Source: a virus
Virus record (IMG/VR): IMGVR_UViG_3300045988_092582
Span: 1 to 50,762 of that record
Strand: one strand, 5' to 3'
Length of the DNA stretch: 50,762 nt
Positions 25,031 through 33,404 of the stretch are shown here, piece by piece (the stretch's first letter is position 1; the number at the start of each line of letters is the position of its first letter). The notes under the pieces are model-generated. The model saw only the letters and a program-made list of their open reading frames with translations, was not told where the DNA came from and searched no databases. The position numbers were made by a program, and so were the translations under genes.

Positions 25031-25347
25031 TCTTTGCCCTCCATCTCAATCAAAAACGCCGCATTGCAGGCCAGATGCCATAGATGAGGCAGGCCGCTTT
25101 CCGGATCGCACTTCTCACCCTTAAGATAGGACAGCCAGTGCCGGTATAAAGCATCCTGATAGCGCTGCGGCTCCACCTGCCGCCAATTCTCCGGGTCGTG
25201 ATACTTTTCGTTCCCGTACATTCGGACCGCCGTCACAGCCTCGATCAGAGACACAGGAACCAGAGTAGGACGAGGCTTCCCCGCGTCGGCTTTGGCCTGC
25301 TGGTCATCTTCATGGACCCATTTGTTGGTAATCATAACTTCGTTCAT
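25027..25347 (-). CDS. MazG/MazZ-like all-alpha dATP/dGTP diphosphohydrolase-domain protein
   Basis: DAGKPRPTLVPVSLIEAVTAVRMYGNEKYHDPENWRQV...YQDALYRHWLSYLKGEKCDPESGLPHLWHLACNAAFLIE carries the KY..NW / RH / D.ESG..HL.H motif set of this family. Confidence 0.65.
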   Translation of the reverse strand: MNEVMITNKWVHEDDQQAKADAGKPRPTLVPVSLIEAVTAVRMYGNEKYHDPENWRQVEPQRYQDALYRHWLSYLKGEKCDPESGLPHLWHLACNAAFLIEMEGKE

Positions 25348-25652
25348 TCCGCACCTCCGCTGTTCTCATCCGAAAACGGGTCAGGAGTCAGAATCTTATC
25401 TTCCCATCCAAGCTTCTCATAATTCGCCCTGCAAGTTGGGCAATTATGACCTACACGAACTTCCAGCGGATCATAGAAACAGCCGCCCAGAACATCCCCA
25501 ATTTGTTCTCCACACCGTGCACAGTAGACATACCCGAAGCAACCTGTGGTAATATGGCTATATCCAAGGAGCGCACACGTCACGCTTTTTCGCCTCTCCT
25601 CATCGAGCGGTTCCAATGCCGCAATTTTCTTTTCATATTCTTTTCTTGTCAT
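25344..25652 (-). CDS. Cys-rich (zinc-ribbon-like) hypothetical protein
   Basis: CARCGEQ...CPTC pairs; 102 aa. Confidence 0.6.
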   Translation of the reverse strand: MTRKEYEKKIAALEPLDEERRKSVTCALLGYSHITTGCFGYVYCARCGEQIGDVLGGCFYDPLEVRVGHNCPTCRANYEKLGWEDKILTPDPFSDENSGGAE

Positions 25653-26380
25653 TGGGCACCTCCGATGATCTCGTCAAGGGTGGAAATTTGTCCATTTTTC
25701 ATGCTTGGAAATAGGTCAGCATGCAGATAGGCTATTGCCCCAATATCCGTGTAAACACGAATAACACATGGTATTAATTCCAGTTTTTCAGCATTTGGAT
25801 AAATAAGTTTGATCGCCTTCGCCCTCTCCACCTCCTGCTCCGTCCAGCGGGACGGTTCAGACAGGTCCCAATATTTGGGGCTTGCGGATTCTCCTTTTTT
25901 TCCGAGGTATTTGTCGCAGAATTTTTTGATTTTGCACGAACTGCACCGTTCAGAAGTGTTTCTCTGTTTTTTGCAATATTCCTGCACCTCAGAAAACGTC
26001 CAGTCCTTCAATGGCTTGTCCATGTTGGCCTCCTCCTTCGTGTATGGTACCCAGCAAGTGCCGTCCTTTTTCCTGTGCTGACAATCCTCGTTTTCGTCCC
26101 AAGAGCAACAGGGGCCGCCATGAGCACAGTCGCAGCACATACCCTCCACGGCGTTAGCCGTGTTGGCCTCCCCCTTTACCGGGGTACAATTTGTACCCTC
26201 ATTCAATCCGTTACAATCTGAAACGGGTTCATCCTCCACCACCTCATAGCCCATCAGGCGGGCGGCTTCGTGGGGATGCACTTTTACCCATTCTGTATCA
26301 CGGAACATAAAAAATCTCAGCCATTCCATAGGAAGCTCTTTAACGCTAAAAACTTCCCCCGTCTTACTTCGAAACTTCAT
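25649..26380 (-). CDS. Cys-rich hypothetical protein (243 aa)
   Basis: ATG 26380 with SD AGGAGG. MCCDCAHGGPCCSWDENEDCQHRKKDGTCW and CSSCKIKKFC clusters. Confidence 0.6.
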   Translation of the reverse strand: MKFRSKTGEVFSVKELPMEWLRFFMFRDTEWVKVHPHEAARLMGYEVVEDEPVSDCNGLNEGTNCTPVKGEANTANAVEGMCCDCAHGGPCCSWDENEDCQHRKKDGTCWVPYTKEEANMDKPLKDWTFSEVQEYCKKQRNTSERCSSCKIKKFCDKYLGKKGESASPKYWDLSEPSRWTEQEVERAKAIKLIYPNAEKLELIPCVIRVYTDIGAIAYLHADLFPSMKNGQISTLDEIIGGAQ

Positions 26381-26525
26381 GGTCGGCCTCCTTTCTCTCC
26401 CACTCCCTGCACCGCTGCTCCGGCTCCGTGAAGTCGGCGCAGTGCTGGGAATCTCCATTGAAACACACGCCCTGGAAGTCCTCATACCAGACGCAGGTGG
26501 CGCAGGTGTTAAAAAGACCATTCAT
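26364..26525 (-). CDS. small Cys-rich protein (53 aa)
   Basis: MNGLFNTCATCVWYEDFQGVCFNGDSQHCADFTEPEQRC... Internal ATG of track ORF 26364..26630. Confidence 0.5.
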   Translation of the reverse strand: MNGLFNTCATCVWYEDFQGVCFNGDSQHCADFTEPEQRCREWERKEADHEVSK

Positions 26526-26649
26526 CTGCTTCCGTGTTCCTCCATTCCTCAAATTCAACTTCTGGATCGTCTCTGCTGGTTTCCAAAGCGTCATCAAACG
26601 ATTTGGCTTCAATGATGTAATAGCCCTCATAATAAACCTTAACTTTCAT
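26509..26649 (-). CDS. small acidic protein (46 aa)
   Basis: Hand translated: MKVKVYYEGYYIIEAKSFDDALETSRDDPEVEFEEWRNTEADEWSF. SD GAAGGAGG present. Confidence 0.5.
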   Translation of the reverse strand: MKVKVYYEGYYIIEAKSFDDALETSRDDPEVEFEEWRNTEADEWSF

Positions 26650-26729
26650 GCTCGGCCTCCTTCATCAAAGCGCCGCAGTTGGGGCAGTATGGAGTTTTGT
26701 CTCTGCATTCTCCCTCTCGATGTACTCCT

Positions 26730-26867
26730 TCATTCGTCCACCGCCCACTTCTTCATATTCACGTATAGTTCATCCATTTTTTTGTTCCATCCCTTAAGTT
26801 TCCAAAAGGTAAGAATACCCAAGACTATCCACTCCACAGCGGCTATAATTGTCAAAATATCAGCCAT
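26730..26867 (-). CDS. small membrane protein (45 aa)
   Basis: Hand translated: MADILTIIAAVEWIVLGILTFWKLKGWNKKMDELYVNMKKWAVDE. SD AGGAGGGAG present. Confidence 0.5.
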   Translation of the reverse strand: MADILTIIAAVEWIVLGILTFWKLKGWNKKMDELYVNMKKWAVDE

Positions 26868-27057
26868 CCTGCTCCCTCCTTAGTGCGTCCCTTAAATCCT
26901 CCAAGTCGTACTCGTCGCCCAGGATGTCCTCAATAGCTGCGAGGCGGTCTATAACATCCGTTATTTTCATTGTCTGCTGCAACGGCGTAGCCCCATCTCT
27001 GTTCGCGATTGACGCTCGCCCGTCCTTTCTCCATACAGTTAATCGCTCCACGCTCAT
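26860..27057 (-). CDS. hypothetical early protein (65 aa)
   Basis: ATG 27057 overlaps the upstream stop (ATGA). MSVERLTVWRKDG...DRLAAIEDILGDEYDLEDLRD. Confidence 0.55.
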   Translation of the reverse strand: MSVERLTVWRKDGRASIANRDGATPLQQTMKITDVIDRLAAIEDILGDEYDLEDLRDALRREQDG

Positions 27058-27260
27058 TCCTCCCAGCTCTTCAAAATCTGATGTTTCCGCTTCTGGCACC
27101 ATGCGAACACCGGGAACCGAAAGCCTCTATTACTTTCGCACTGGTTGAGATATCCGCATTCATTACACTTCCCAGTAGCCACGGCCTCGGAAATCGCAAG
27201 TCCTTCTGCCTGCTTCTCCTGCGAATATTCCCGGTCAAAAATGGTAATATGCTTTCCCAT
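27054..27260 (-). CDS. hypothetical early protein (68 aa, CxxC)
   Basis: ORF with ATG start, tightly packed with neighbours. Confidence 0.55.
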   Translation of the reverse strand: MGKHITIFDREYSQEKQAEGLAISEAVATGKCNECGYLNQCESNRGFRFPVFAWCQKRKHQILKSWEE

Positions 27261-27261
27261 G

Positions 27262-27732
27262 TCATTCCTCCTTCTGGCCGTCCCACTTCCATGTGGGGCA
27301 AAGTTTGTGTAGGTCCTCTACTGCCGCATCCCTCTCCCGCTTCATCTGATCCAACTCGGTCTCTTGTTCTTTCAGCAGTTTGTCCCGCCGTTCCAATTCT
27401 GCGGCCTGCTGAGCAATCAGTTTTGATTTCTGCTCCAGCTCGGCTTGTACCGCTTCCAACTCCTCGTGCGCCTTGATGATTTCCGTTTTTGCACAGACGA
27501 TGGGGCAGTCATGGCATTTGTCCTCGTAGTGTTTCAGGCGGGTGATCTCTGCCCCGGCCTGCTCAAGCTCGGCCCGCAGCTTCTCGTTTTCGGCCTGGAG
27601 CGTGGAGAGGGCGGTGGCGGCATTGTCCAGCACGTCCTCCTGATCGGCAAATGCCCGCCCAAGAGTTTTCCCATTTCGATATGCGTCGGCATCATTCCGC
27701 AATCGTCTAATCAGCTTTTCGTAGTCCATCAT
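27262..27732 (-). CDS. coiled-coil hypothetical protein
   Basis: Long heptad-like E/L/A/Q-rich sequence. SD GGAGGAGAA present. Confidence 0.6.
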   Translation of the reverse strand: MMDYEKLIRRLRNDADAYRNGKTLGRAFADQEDVLDNAATALSTLQAENEKLRAELEQAGAEITRLKHYEDKCHDCPIVCAKTEIIKAHEELEAVQAELEQKSKLIAQQAAELERRDKLLKEQETELDQMKRERDAAVEDLHKLCPTWKWDGQKEE

Positions 27733-27988
27733 GGTTCTCCTCTCCCTCCGGCGGGCGGCGGTAGTAATTATCTTTTTTGTCTCTCATACAAGACGAGCAT
27801 TTTTCAAGTGCCCCCATTTCCGCCCATAGACACCCATCGCATATTAGCGCCTCGTTCGGCGGGGTGAGGGTGGGCTGTCTTGCAATCTGATCGGCAAAAT
27901 ACTTTGCAATGTCCATATAGTTATAGGGGCCGATGTATGCAAGACCGTTGTAATCAAATACTATTGCATCCGCATCAATCGGTCGCAT
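27707..27988 (-). CDS. hypothetical early protein (CxxC...CxxC)
   Basis: 93-aa ORF in the early operon. Confidence 0.55.
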   Translation of the reverse strand: MRPIDADAIVFDYNGLAYIGPYNYMDIAKYFADQIARQPTLTPPNEALICDGCLWAEMGALEKCSSCMRDKKDNYYRRPPEGEENHDGLRKAD

Positions 27989-28346
27989 CTTTCAATTCCT
28001 CCATCCTCTCCATCACCATCTCCACGGCCTCGTCCGTCATGGGAGCGCCGCACATAGGGCAAAAATCGTTCTTGTAGGGATAACTTTTCTCGCACCTCGT
28101 ACAGTGCCATATCCCGCCCCGGCCATTCTTGCCGCCACCGTGCAGTTCCCACTCACCCCTCCACACCTTCTCCACCTGCTCCCGGCTGACGGGGCGGAGG
28201 GCGGCGAGGGCGATTTCGGCCATATCCTTACGTCTACGGTACAAGAAGTCGTTCTCTCCCGGATTGCTCCCAAATCCGCTGTCCAGAACCACCTGCGCCG
28301 CCGTGAGTTGTTTTTCAAAAAGGGCAATCGCTTCTTCCCGCGTCAT
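27975..28346 (-). CDS. hypothetical protein with C-terminal zinc ribbon
   Basis: ATG 28346 (ATGA overlap). CTRCEKSYPYKNDFCPMCGAP. Confidence 0.55.
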   Translation of the reverse strand: MTREEAIALFEKQLTAAQVVLDSGFGSNPGENDFLYRRRKDMAEIALAALRPVSREQVEKVWRGEWELHGGGKNGRGGIWHCTRCEKSYPYKNDFCPMCGAPMTDEAVEMVMERMEELKDATD

Positions 28347-28624
28347 GGCTGGGCCTCCTCGTCCATATACTTTTTCCGATATGCGCACTCCCGGCACTTC
28401 AATGCCTTTTCACGCTTTACCATGTCCCAGCGGAGCACATCGGCTTTATAAACCTCAAAATCTTGCTTGTTTTGCAAATACTCCATCGTGTTTTTGGCAC
28501 AAGCAGAAATTTTTGACCACATGACTTGGATATAGTACACAATCATGACCACCACGAAAAATGCCCCGGCTATAATGACTACCAGCGATGCAATCCCCAT
28601 AGCATACAAAATCAGTGTGTTCAT
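28343..28624 (-). CDS. membrane protein (1 TM)
   Basis: MNTLILYAMGIASLVVIIAGAFFVVVMIVYYIQV... Confidence 0.55.
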   Translation of the reverse strand: MNTLILYAMGIASLVVIIAGAFFVVVMIVYYIQVMWSKISACAKNTMEYLQNKQDFEVYKADVLRWDMVKREKALKCRECAYRKKYMDEEAQP

Positions 28625-28944
28625 TCCATCCCCTCCAGCATCTTCATCTCCTCCGCGCTCAGAATCAGTGCGCGGGTGTTCCAGGCGAGCATAGCCTCAT
28701 ACTCAGTGTCATATCGGCCTCCATAGTCAACATCCCATCCGAACATCATTTCACATTCGTTGCAAGAAACGCTATAAACATGGTTCCTTGATGGGCGCAA
28801 TAATCTTGGGCCATATGCTACAACTTCCGCCTCTCCCCCGCAGAACGGGCACGGAACCAGCACACCCGCGTCCGTTAGTCGCTTACTTGCCTCGTGGTCG
28901 CCCAAGAGGGCGCGTTTCATGTCTTGGTTCATGCTCTCTTTCAT
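28621..28944 (-). CDS. Lar-family restriction-alleviation-like protein
   Basis: ATG 28944. VPCPFCGGEAEVV...VSCNECEMMF...AMLAWNTRA reproduces the Lar family pattern (PCPFCGG ... C..C ... AWN.Ra). Confidence 0.65.
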   Translation of the reverse strand: MKESMNQDMKRALLGDHEASKRLTDAGVLVPCPFCGGEAEVVAYGPRLLRPSRNHVYSVSCNECEMMFGWDVDYGGRYDTEYEAMLAWNTRALILSAEEMKMLEGME

Positions 28945-28948
28945 TGAT

Positions 28949-29338
28949 TTACCTCTTGTAAATAATCCTTGTACACCCGCATGGGCATTCCAAAGATACC
29001 TCTGCATGGGGGCCATAATTGTCGCTATCATAGTCCCCCACAAACCACTTTTTAACATGAACATCTGCCCGTGTTTCTCCGCATTTTTGGCATTTTAGTT
29101 CAGTCAATTTTTCGTAGTCTACCTCTTTTCGGAACCAGTTAGGGTCATCAAAAATGCTTTTTCCAACTCTGAAAGACCGAATATGTCCCCCGCTTCTGTC
29201 TGGGATCACAATTTCGTAAAAATCATGGTTTTCACGGTCACTTGTACAATCCCAATGATGATCAATGCCTCTACACTTGAACACAGTTCCGGCAGGACTG
29301 TCAGGTAAATCTTTTAATTGGGTAAATTTATATTTCAT
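28949..29338 (-). CDS. hypothetical protein (C-terminal CxxC / CPCGC)
   Basis: 129-aa ORF. Confidence 0.55.
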   Translation of the reverse strand: MKYKFTQLKDLPDSPAGTVFKCRGIDHHWDCTSDRENHDFYEIVIPDRSGGHIRSFRVGKSIFDDPNWFRKEVDYEKLTELKCQKCGETRADVHVKKWFVGDYDSDNYGPHAEVSLECPCGCTRIIYKR

Positions 29339-29377
29339 GTGATCTTCCCTTCCAGTAAGCAGCTATTCACCATATAT

Positions 29378-29842
29378 TCACCATACCAGCATCGCACCAC
29401 AGTCCTCACAGAATCGTGGCCTTCTATCTGCGTGTTCCCGGTTAAAAAATTTCCTGCAGCACGGACAGTTTGCTCCATGTTCTGATAGGATCACATTTTT
29501 TTGCAGCTCTTTTTTTAAAATTCCATCAATGGTATTCACCAGCGCAAGGCAGTTTTCTGTTGTTGGTTCTTTCCGCGCCTTGATTCTGGCTTGCTCTGAA
29601 AGCCGCAGAATTTTCTCCCGCTCATAGGCGGTATTGTCCCGGAAGTTGTCAGTTTGAATTTCATTCAATGCACGAGCTTTTAGTTTCCTCTTTCTGTCAA
29701 TCGCCTGTTCTCTAGTGATGGTCCCCTTTTGGTACATTTCGTAAATCTCGGACAAACTCCGATAACCACCTTCATCAAACAGGGAAAGTCCATCTGGAAC
29801 AGGTTCGTGGTTCTTGGCCTGCTCTTCATAATTAAAGAACAT
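29378..29842 (-). CDS. hypothetical protein with C-terminal zinc ribbon
   Basis: 154 aa. CPCCRKFF...CEDCGAML. Confidence 0.55.
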   Translation of the reverse strand: MFFNYEEQAKNHEPVPDGLSLFDEGGYRSLSEIYEMYQKGTITREQAIDRKRKLKARALNEIQTDNFRDNTAYEREKILRLSEQARIKARKEPTTENCLALVNTIDGILKKELQKNVILSEHGANCPCCRKFFNREHADRRPRFCEDCGAMLVW

Positions 29843-29856
29843 TTTTCCCTCCTTTT

Positions 29857-30042
29857 GTAACGGATAGTAACGAACTGTAACGAATCTATCGTTACGCTGA
29901 AATGATTGTGCCGCAACGGCTTCACGGTTTTGTAACGATGTAACGAAGATTTATACCACTTCCAAAAAACAAATATTGCGTACACAATTTTTTTATTTTA
30001 GAAAAACATTAAAAAAGTTCGTTACATTCGTTACATCGTTAC
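29857..30042. repeat. iteron array: 9 copies of (T)GTAACGA(A), 5 direct and 4 inverted, flanking an AT-rich core; putative replication origin
   Basis: GTAACG at 29857, 29867, 29877 (10-bp phasing), 29932 and 29940. CGTTAC at 29890, 30020, 30029 and 30037. AT-rich 29946-30019. Lies in the only sizeable gap of the replication module, directly upstream of the helicase gene. Confidence 0.7.
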
Positions 30043-30047
30043 ACCCG

Positions 30048-31892
30048 CTAAGGTAGTAAAGAGCCGTCAATATCGTCCAATTCATCATCAAAATCCGAAA
30101 TTTTGAGCCAAACACAGCGGGAAACGCGTCCATTTATTCGTTTTGGCTTTGTTGGCTCTCCCTTTTTTGAACAATGAATGTAACCGCGATTTTTCGCCCA
30201 GCCAAGGAAAGCGGATGCGTTATAACCCTCGTCGGACAAAATTTGATCGAACTTTGACCGGATGATACAGGCGTATTCTCCGTCTAGCTCTCCCCATATT
30301 TCTCCCTGGTGGGCGTCTGCTTCCGGTGTGAATCTGGACTGATTGATGTTGATAAAATCATAGAGGTATTGCAGCGCCCGAGCGTTCTGGTTGACGGCCT
30401 CTTTGGAGACAAGGTATTTTGAGATGTCTTCCGGCTGAAGAAAAATTCCATCTTGAAAAATCCACTCCTCTGCAAGCCTGTCTGCAGCTAATATTAGCGC
30501 CGCAGAAGCTGTTTGCTTATCCATTGTGTCACCGGTCTTTAGTGTGTCCTGCATGGCCTCCTGTAGCTTCTGGACGCGCTCCTGAACGCCATCTTCCATC
30601 AAGTGTTTTACGAATTCCGGGCCAGCAAATCCGTAATTTGCATACAAGCTGGTCGCGGTTTTCTTAGGATCGTCAAAGAGTTTGGTGTCGTGACAGTCCA
30701 CTTCAATTGTTCGGTTGACTGCGCCCTCACCGCTGTTGGATGAAATGATGGGGAATTCGCCGGTTGTGATAATGCAGTTCCGCCAGGTGGGCGTTTTCTG
30801 CAATCCGCCCTGCTTCTGTCCCCTTGCCCGGCCAACGCCCTCAGAGAGCTGATAGATCATCTTGTCGAAGTCCTTACGATTGTCCTTGACAAGCTGTAGT
30901 TCGTCGATGACCAGAGGGAGAGAATTGCAGAACGCTGCGCCCAGCTCTTTTCCCACTTCCGTGGCATTGAAGGTTTGGATGTAAACACCAATCTCTGGAT
31001 TTGCCCATACGCTGGCGGCCAAAACAAGGCTTAGGCTTTTTCCCGTCTCTGATCCGCCCCACAGGTGAACAAAAAAGGGGAGGCAGCTGCAGGGCTTAAC
31101 CAGAACAGATGCGAATGACGCTGCCAGGACAATCCGTGCAACAACATTTCCAGGTGTTTTTCCTGCTCTGACAGACCTCACGCAGTCTAACCACGCCTGA
31201 CGGCTTCCTTTTTCCTGAATGCTTTCAAACCGCGTCCTGAAAGTTTCCTCTCCGTCAAAGACAAGGTCCTCCTCGTAAGGAGAAAATCCATATCCGTCAA
31301 TCCACCCAAGACGGCCCACACTAGACACCTCTGGTATAGTATCGTAGTTGAGCTGTTCTACATCTGCTAAGTATCGGACTAAGGCTTTGCTAGTTTCGCT
31401 GTTGACCATGATCCCGTACTTGGAAAGGCCGATAATTGACCGGCTGTCAGAAATCACGTTTTTGTCCTCGATCACGGTTTCCCAACGTCTTCCTAAACGA
31501 TAGGCCAACATGACCTTGTGTACTTTGGTGTCTACATTTACCAGCCGCTGCACCGGCATGATGGGATGGTAGCATGCCACTACTTCGAAGCCGAGCTTGT
31601 CTGTTCCGTAAATTCCGGTGTCAGATGCCGACCAGCTCCCGCAGTCCAGCTCCAGCTCCTGTCCGGTAAAATCTGTTCGGTTGAAACCTGGGGCTGAGGT
31701 CCCACTGACTGTTTCCATGTATGCTTTGAATAGGGCGGCCAAGTTCCTGATTCCTACAGTTTGAGCCTGTGCGGACATGACGCCCAAAAGCTGTTTTAGC
31801 TCGAACTTATTATCTTTGTGGGCATACAGGTATTCAAAAGGTTTCGTTGTTGTGAGGTAGTCGTCTCTTGTGTAAACGGGCACGTCCCCCAA
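30048..31892 (-). CDS. SF3 (D5/P4-type, DUF927/VirE-like) replicative helicase-primase-associated ATPase
   Basis: Walker A HLWGGSETGKSLS and Walker B LPLVIDELQ. 614 aa from TTG 31892 (SD GGGAGG plus 9 nt). Confidence 0.75.
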   Translation of the reverse strand: MGDVPVYTRDDYLTTTKPFEYLYAHKDNKFELKQLLGVMSAQAQTVGIRNLAALFKAYMETVSGTSAPGFNRTDFTGQELELDCGSWSASDTGIYGTDKLGFEVVACYHPIMPVQRLVNVDTKVHKVMLAYRLGRRWETVIEDKNVISDSRSIIGLSKYGIMVNSETSKALVRYLADVEQLNYDTIPEVSSVGRLGWIDGYGFSPYEEDLVFDGEETFRTRFESIQEKGSRQAWLDCVRSVRAGKTPGNVVARIVLAASFASVLVKPCSCLPFFVHLWGGSETGKSLSLVLAASVWANPEIGVYIQTFNATEVGKELGAAFCNSLPLVIDELQLVKDNRKDFDKMIYQLSEGVGRARGQKQGGLQKTPTWRNCIITTGEFPIISSNSGEGAVNRTIEVDCHDTKLFDDPKKTATSLYANYGFAGPEFVKHLMEDGVQERVQKLQEAMQDTLKTGDTMDKQTASAALILAADRLAEEWIFQDGIFLQPEDISKYLVSKEAVNQNARALQYLYDFININQSRFTPEADAHQGEIWGELDGEYACIIRSKFDQILSDEGYNASAFLGWAKNRGYIHCSKKGEPTKPKRINGRVSRCVWLKISDFDDELDDIDGSLLP

Positions 31893-32425
31893 TGTTCTTT
31901 GCCTCCCTTCTCCACGAAGTCGTCAAGCCAGTATTCAATATACGGGAGGCGCTTGACGGCCTCGACATATAATGGATGGTAAAACACAACGTCTTCTTGC
32001 CGGATTGGCTGGAAGGTGTTTCGTATTTCCTTCCAGTATTGAAATTCTCGAATCATAAACTGGAAGTTTGCCTCTGCCTGGGCGTTTTTCCGCTGTTCTT
32101 CCCGGCGGGCTTCCAGCGTGGCAGACTGGGCGGCTCGGTCCGGCTTACTTTCTATCAGGCCCAGGCGAAAGTCCGCATTGATACGGAGTATCGCTTGGCG
32201 GAAATTTAAGTCGAACAGACGCATCACAAAATCAATGACACTTCCGTGAGCCCCACAAGCAAAACAATGAAACCCTCCTTGCCCATCGTATAGCTTCAGG
32301 CTGGCCGTATGGTCCCCTGAGTGCCACGGGCACTTCATGAATCCAGAACGATTCACCTGAAAACCATAAAATTCTACAACCTCTCTGACGGTAAGCCTCT
32401 GCCGGATTTCTTGCGCCATATCCAT
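31796..32425 (-). CDS. DnaG-type CHC2 zinc-finger primase-domain protein
   Basis: CPWHSGDHTASLKLYDGQGGFHCFACGAHGSVIDFVM is the CHC2 primase finger. The 3' end overlaps the helicase ORF by 97 nt. Confidence 0.75.
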   Translation of the reverse strand: MDMAQEIRQRLTVREVVEFYGFQVNRSGFMKCPWHSGDHTASLKLYDGQGGFHCFACGAHGSVIDFVMRLFDLNFRQAILRINADFRLGLIESKPDRAAQSATLEARREEQRKNAQAEANFQFMIREFQYWKEIRNTFQPIRQEDVVFYHPLYVEAVKRLPYIEYWLDDFVEKGGKEHWGTCPFTQETTTSQQRNLLNTCMPTKIISSS

Positions 32426-32429
32426 GCCA

Positions 32430-32939
32430 TTACCCCCTCTTTAACCTGTCTCTCACCCAGTAATAAAGAGTGCTGTACATGATTTGTGCCGTTTCAGATG
32501 GCTTGCAGAAAATCACGGTCAGGTTGTATTCTGCTTGCCAGGACATAAGAGAGGCAAAAAGGCTTTTTGGCTCTAGGCGAGAGCGGTAGTTGTGGAGAAA
32601 AATGTCCGTCCAGGTAGCGTTCTCCACCACCAGAAACAGCTTCATTCCCCTTGCTTTGGCACGGATCATTTCACGCTCGAATCGCTCTCTGCCTGTAGTA
32701 AAATTCCCGGCAATCTCGTCCAGATTTGCCTTGCGTTCAAAAGCCACCTCGTCTTCAAACGTGGTATCTCCCAACATGGCGGAGTAGTCTCCCGTCTCCA
32801 AGGCCCGGCTTTTGTGTTGGATGTGGTTTTTGTCCAGCCAGGTAATCAGATGGTCATTGACCTGTTCCCGACTGTCAGCTATGACTACCAACTCCTTCAA
32901 TTTCTGCTTGATCTCCGCGTCTGTATAGTGGGTCAGCAT
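32430..32939 (-). CDS. ERCC4-type (Mus81/Hef-like) nuclease
   Basis: VVIADSREQ...LETGDYS...VAFERKANLDEIAGN matches the ERCC4 GDY...ERK motif. Confidence 0.75.
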   Translation of the reverse strand: MLTHYTDAEIKQKLKELVVIADSREQVNDHLITWLDKNHIQHKSRALETGDYSAMLGDTTFEDEVAFERKANLDEIAGNFTTGRERFEREMIRAKARGMKLFLVVENATWTDIFLHNYRSRLEPKSLFASLMSWQAEYNLTVIFCKPSETAQIMYSTLYYWVRDRLKRG

Positions 32940-32948
32940 TCTCCCACC

Positions 32949-33383
32949 TCAGTTCCACGGGAGGTCTCCGTCATCCTCAAGCTCACTGATCTTTGTAAGC
33001 TCTTGCCGTTCCGGGAGCTTTCCTTCCCAGGGCGTGAGCTTCTCTGCGCGGTCCTTGTTGATGAAATAATGTACTTTCAGATATCCCTGGTCATCCTCTT
33101 TTAGGCGGGCAGCGCCCACAGCGCCGATCCAGGTGGGGAGTGCAAAGTCTCCGTCATCAATGTTGAAGGAGTCAAAGAAATCTGTCATGTTACGATTGAA
33201 GTATTCATTTTTCACAATATAGTGATAAATGATAATGTCGCTTCCGTTTGGCCGCACCCCGATTACCAGCATGGGATTTCCCTTTTTGCTCTCTTTTTCC
33301 TCAACACTGACAATCTCTACCCGATAATCTCCAGGTGTCAGGCGGGGGCGCTCTTCCCGCTGATAGCTATCCCAATTACCCAT
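32949..33383 (-). CDS. DUF669-like single-strand DNA-binding protein
   Basis: RLTPGDYRVEIVSVEEKESKKGNPMLVI core and acidic tail EDDGDLPWN (SSB-tip-like). Adjacent to the Sak4-like ATPase. Confidence 0.65.
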   Translation of the reverse strand: MGNWDSYQREERPRLTPGDYRVEIVSVEEKESKKGNPMLVIGVRPNGSDIIIYHYIVKNEYFNRNMTDFFDSFNIDDGDFALPTWIGAVGAARLKEDDQGYLKVHYFINKDRAEKLTPWEGKLPERQELTKISELEDDGDLPWN

Positions 33384-33404
33384 ATTTCAAATCCTCCAAA
33401 TCTT

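Noticed and set aside
25027-25347. Z-genome (2-aminoadenine) biosynthesis pathway
   Set aside because: Only the MazZ-like pyrophosphatase domain is present. No PurZ (adenylosuccinate-synthetase-like) or DatZ (HD dATPase) candidate is seen among the ORFs.
26650-26735. Zinc-ribbon-like frame (...ECRDKTPYCPNCGALMKEAEHES)
   Set aside because: This frame opens directly after a TGA and has no ATG/GTG/TTG before the motif. It would need a frameshift, so I did not call it.
29857-30042. Repeat array considered as a CRISPR array
   Set aside because: The repeats are only 8-9 bp, occur in both orientations with irregular 8-55 bp spacing, and no cas genes are present. The pattern fits iterons.
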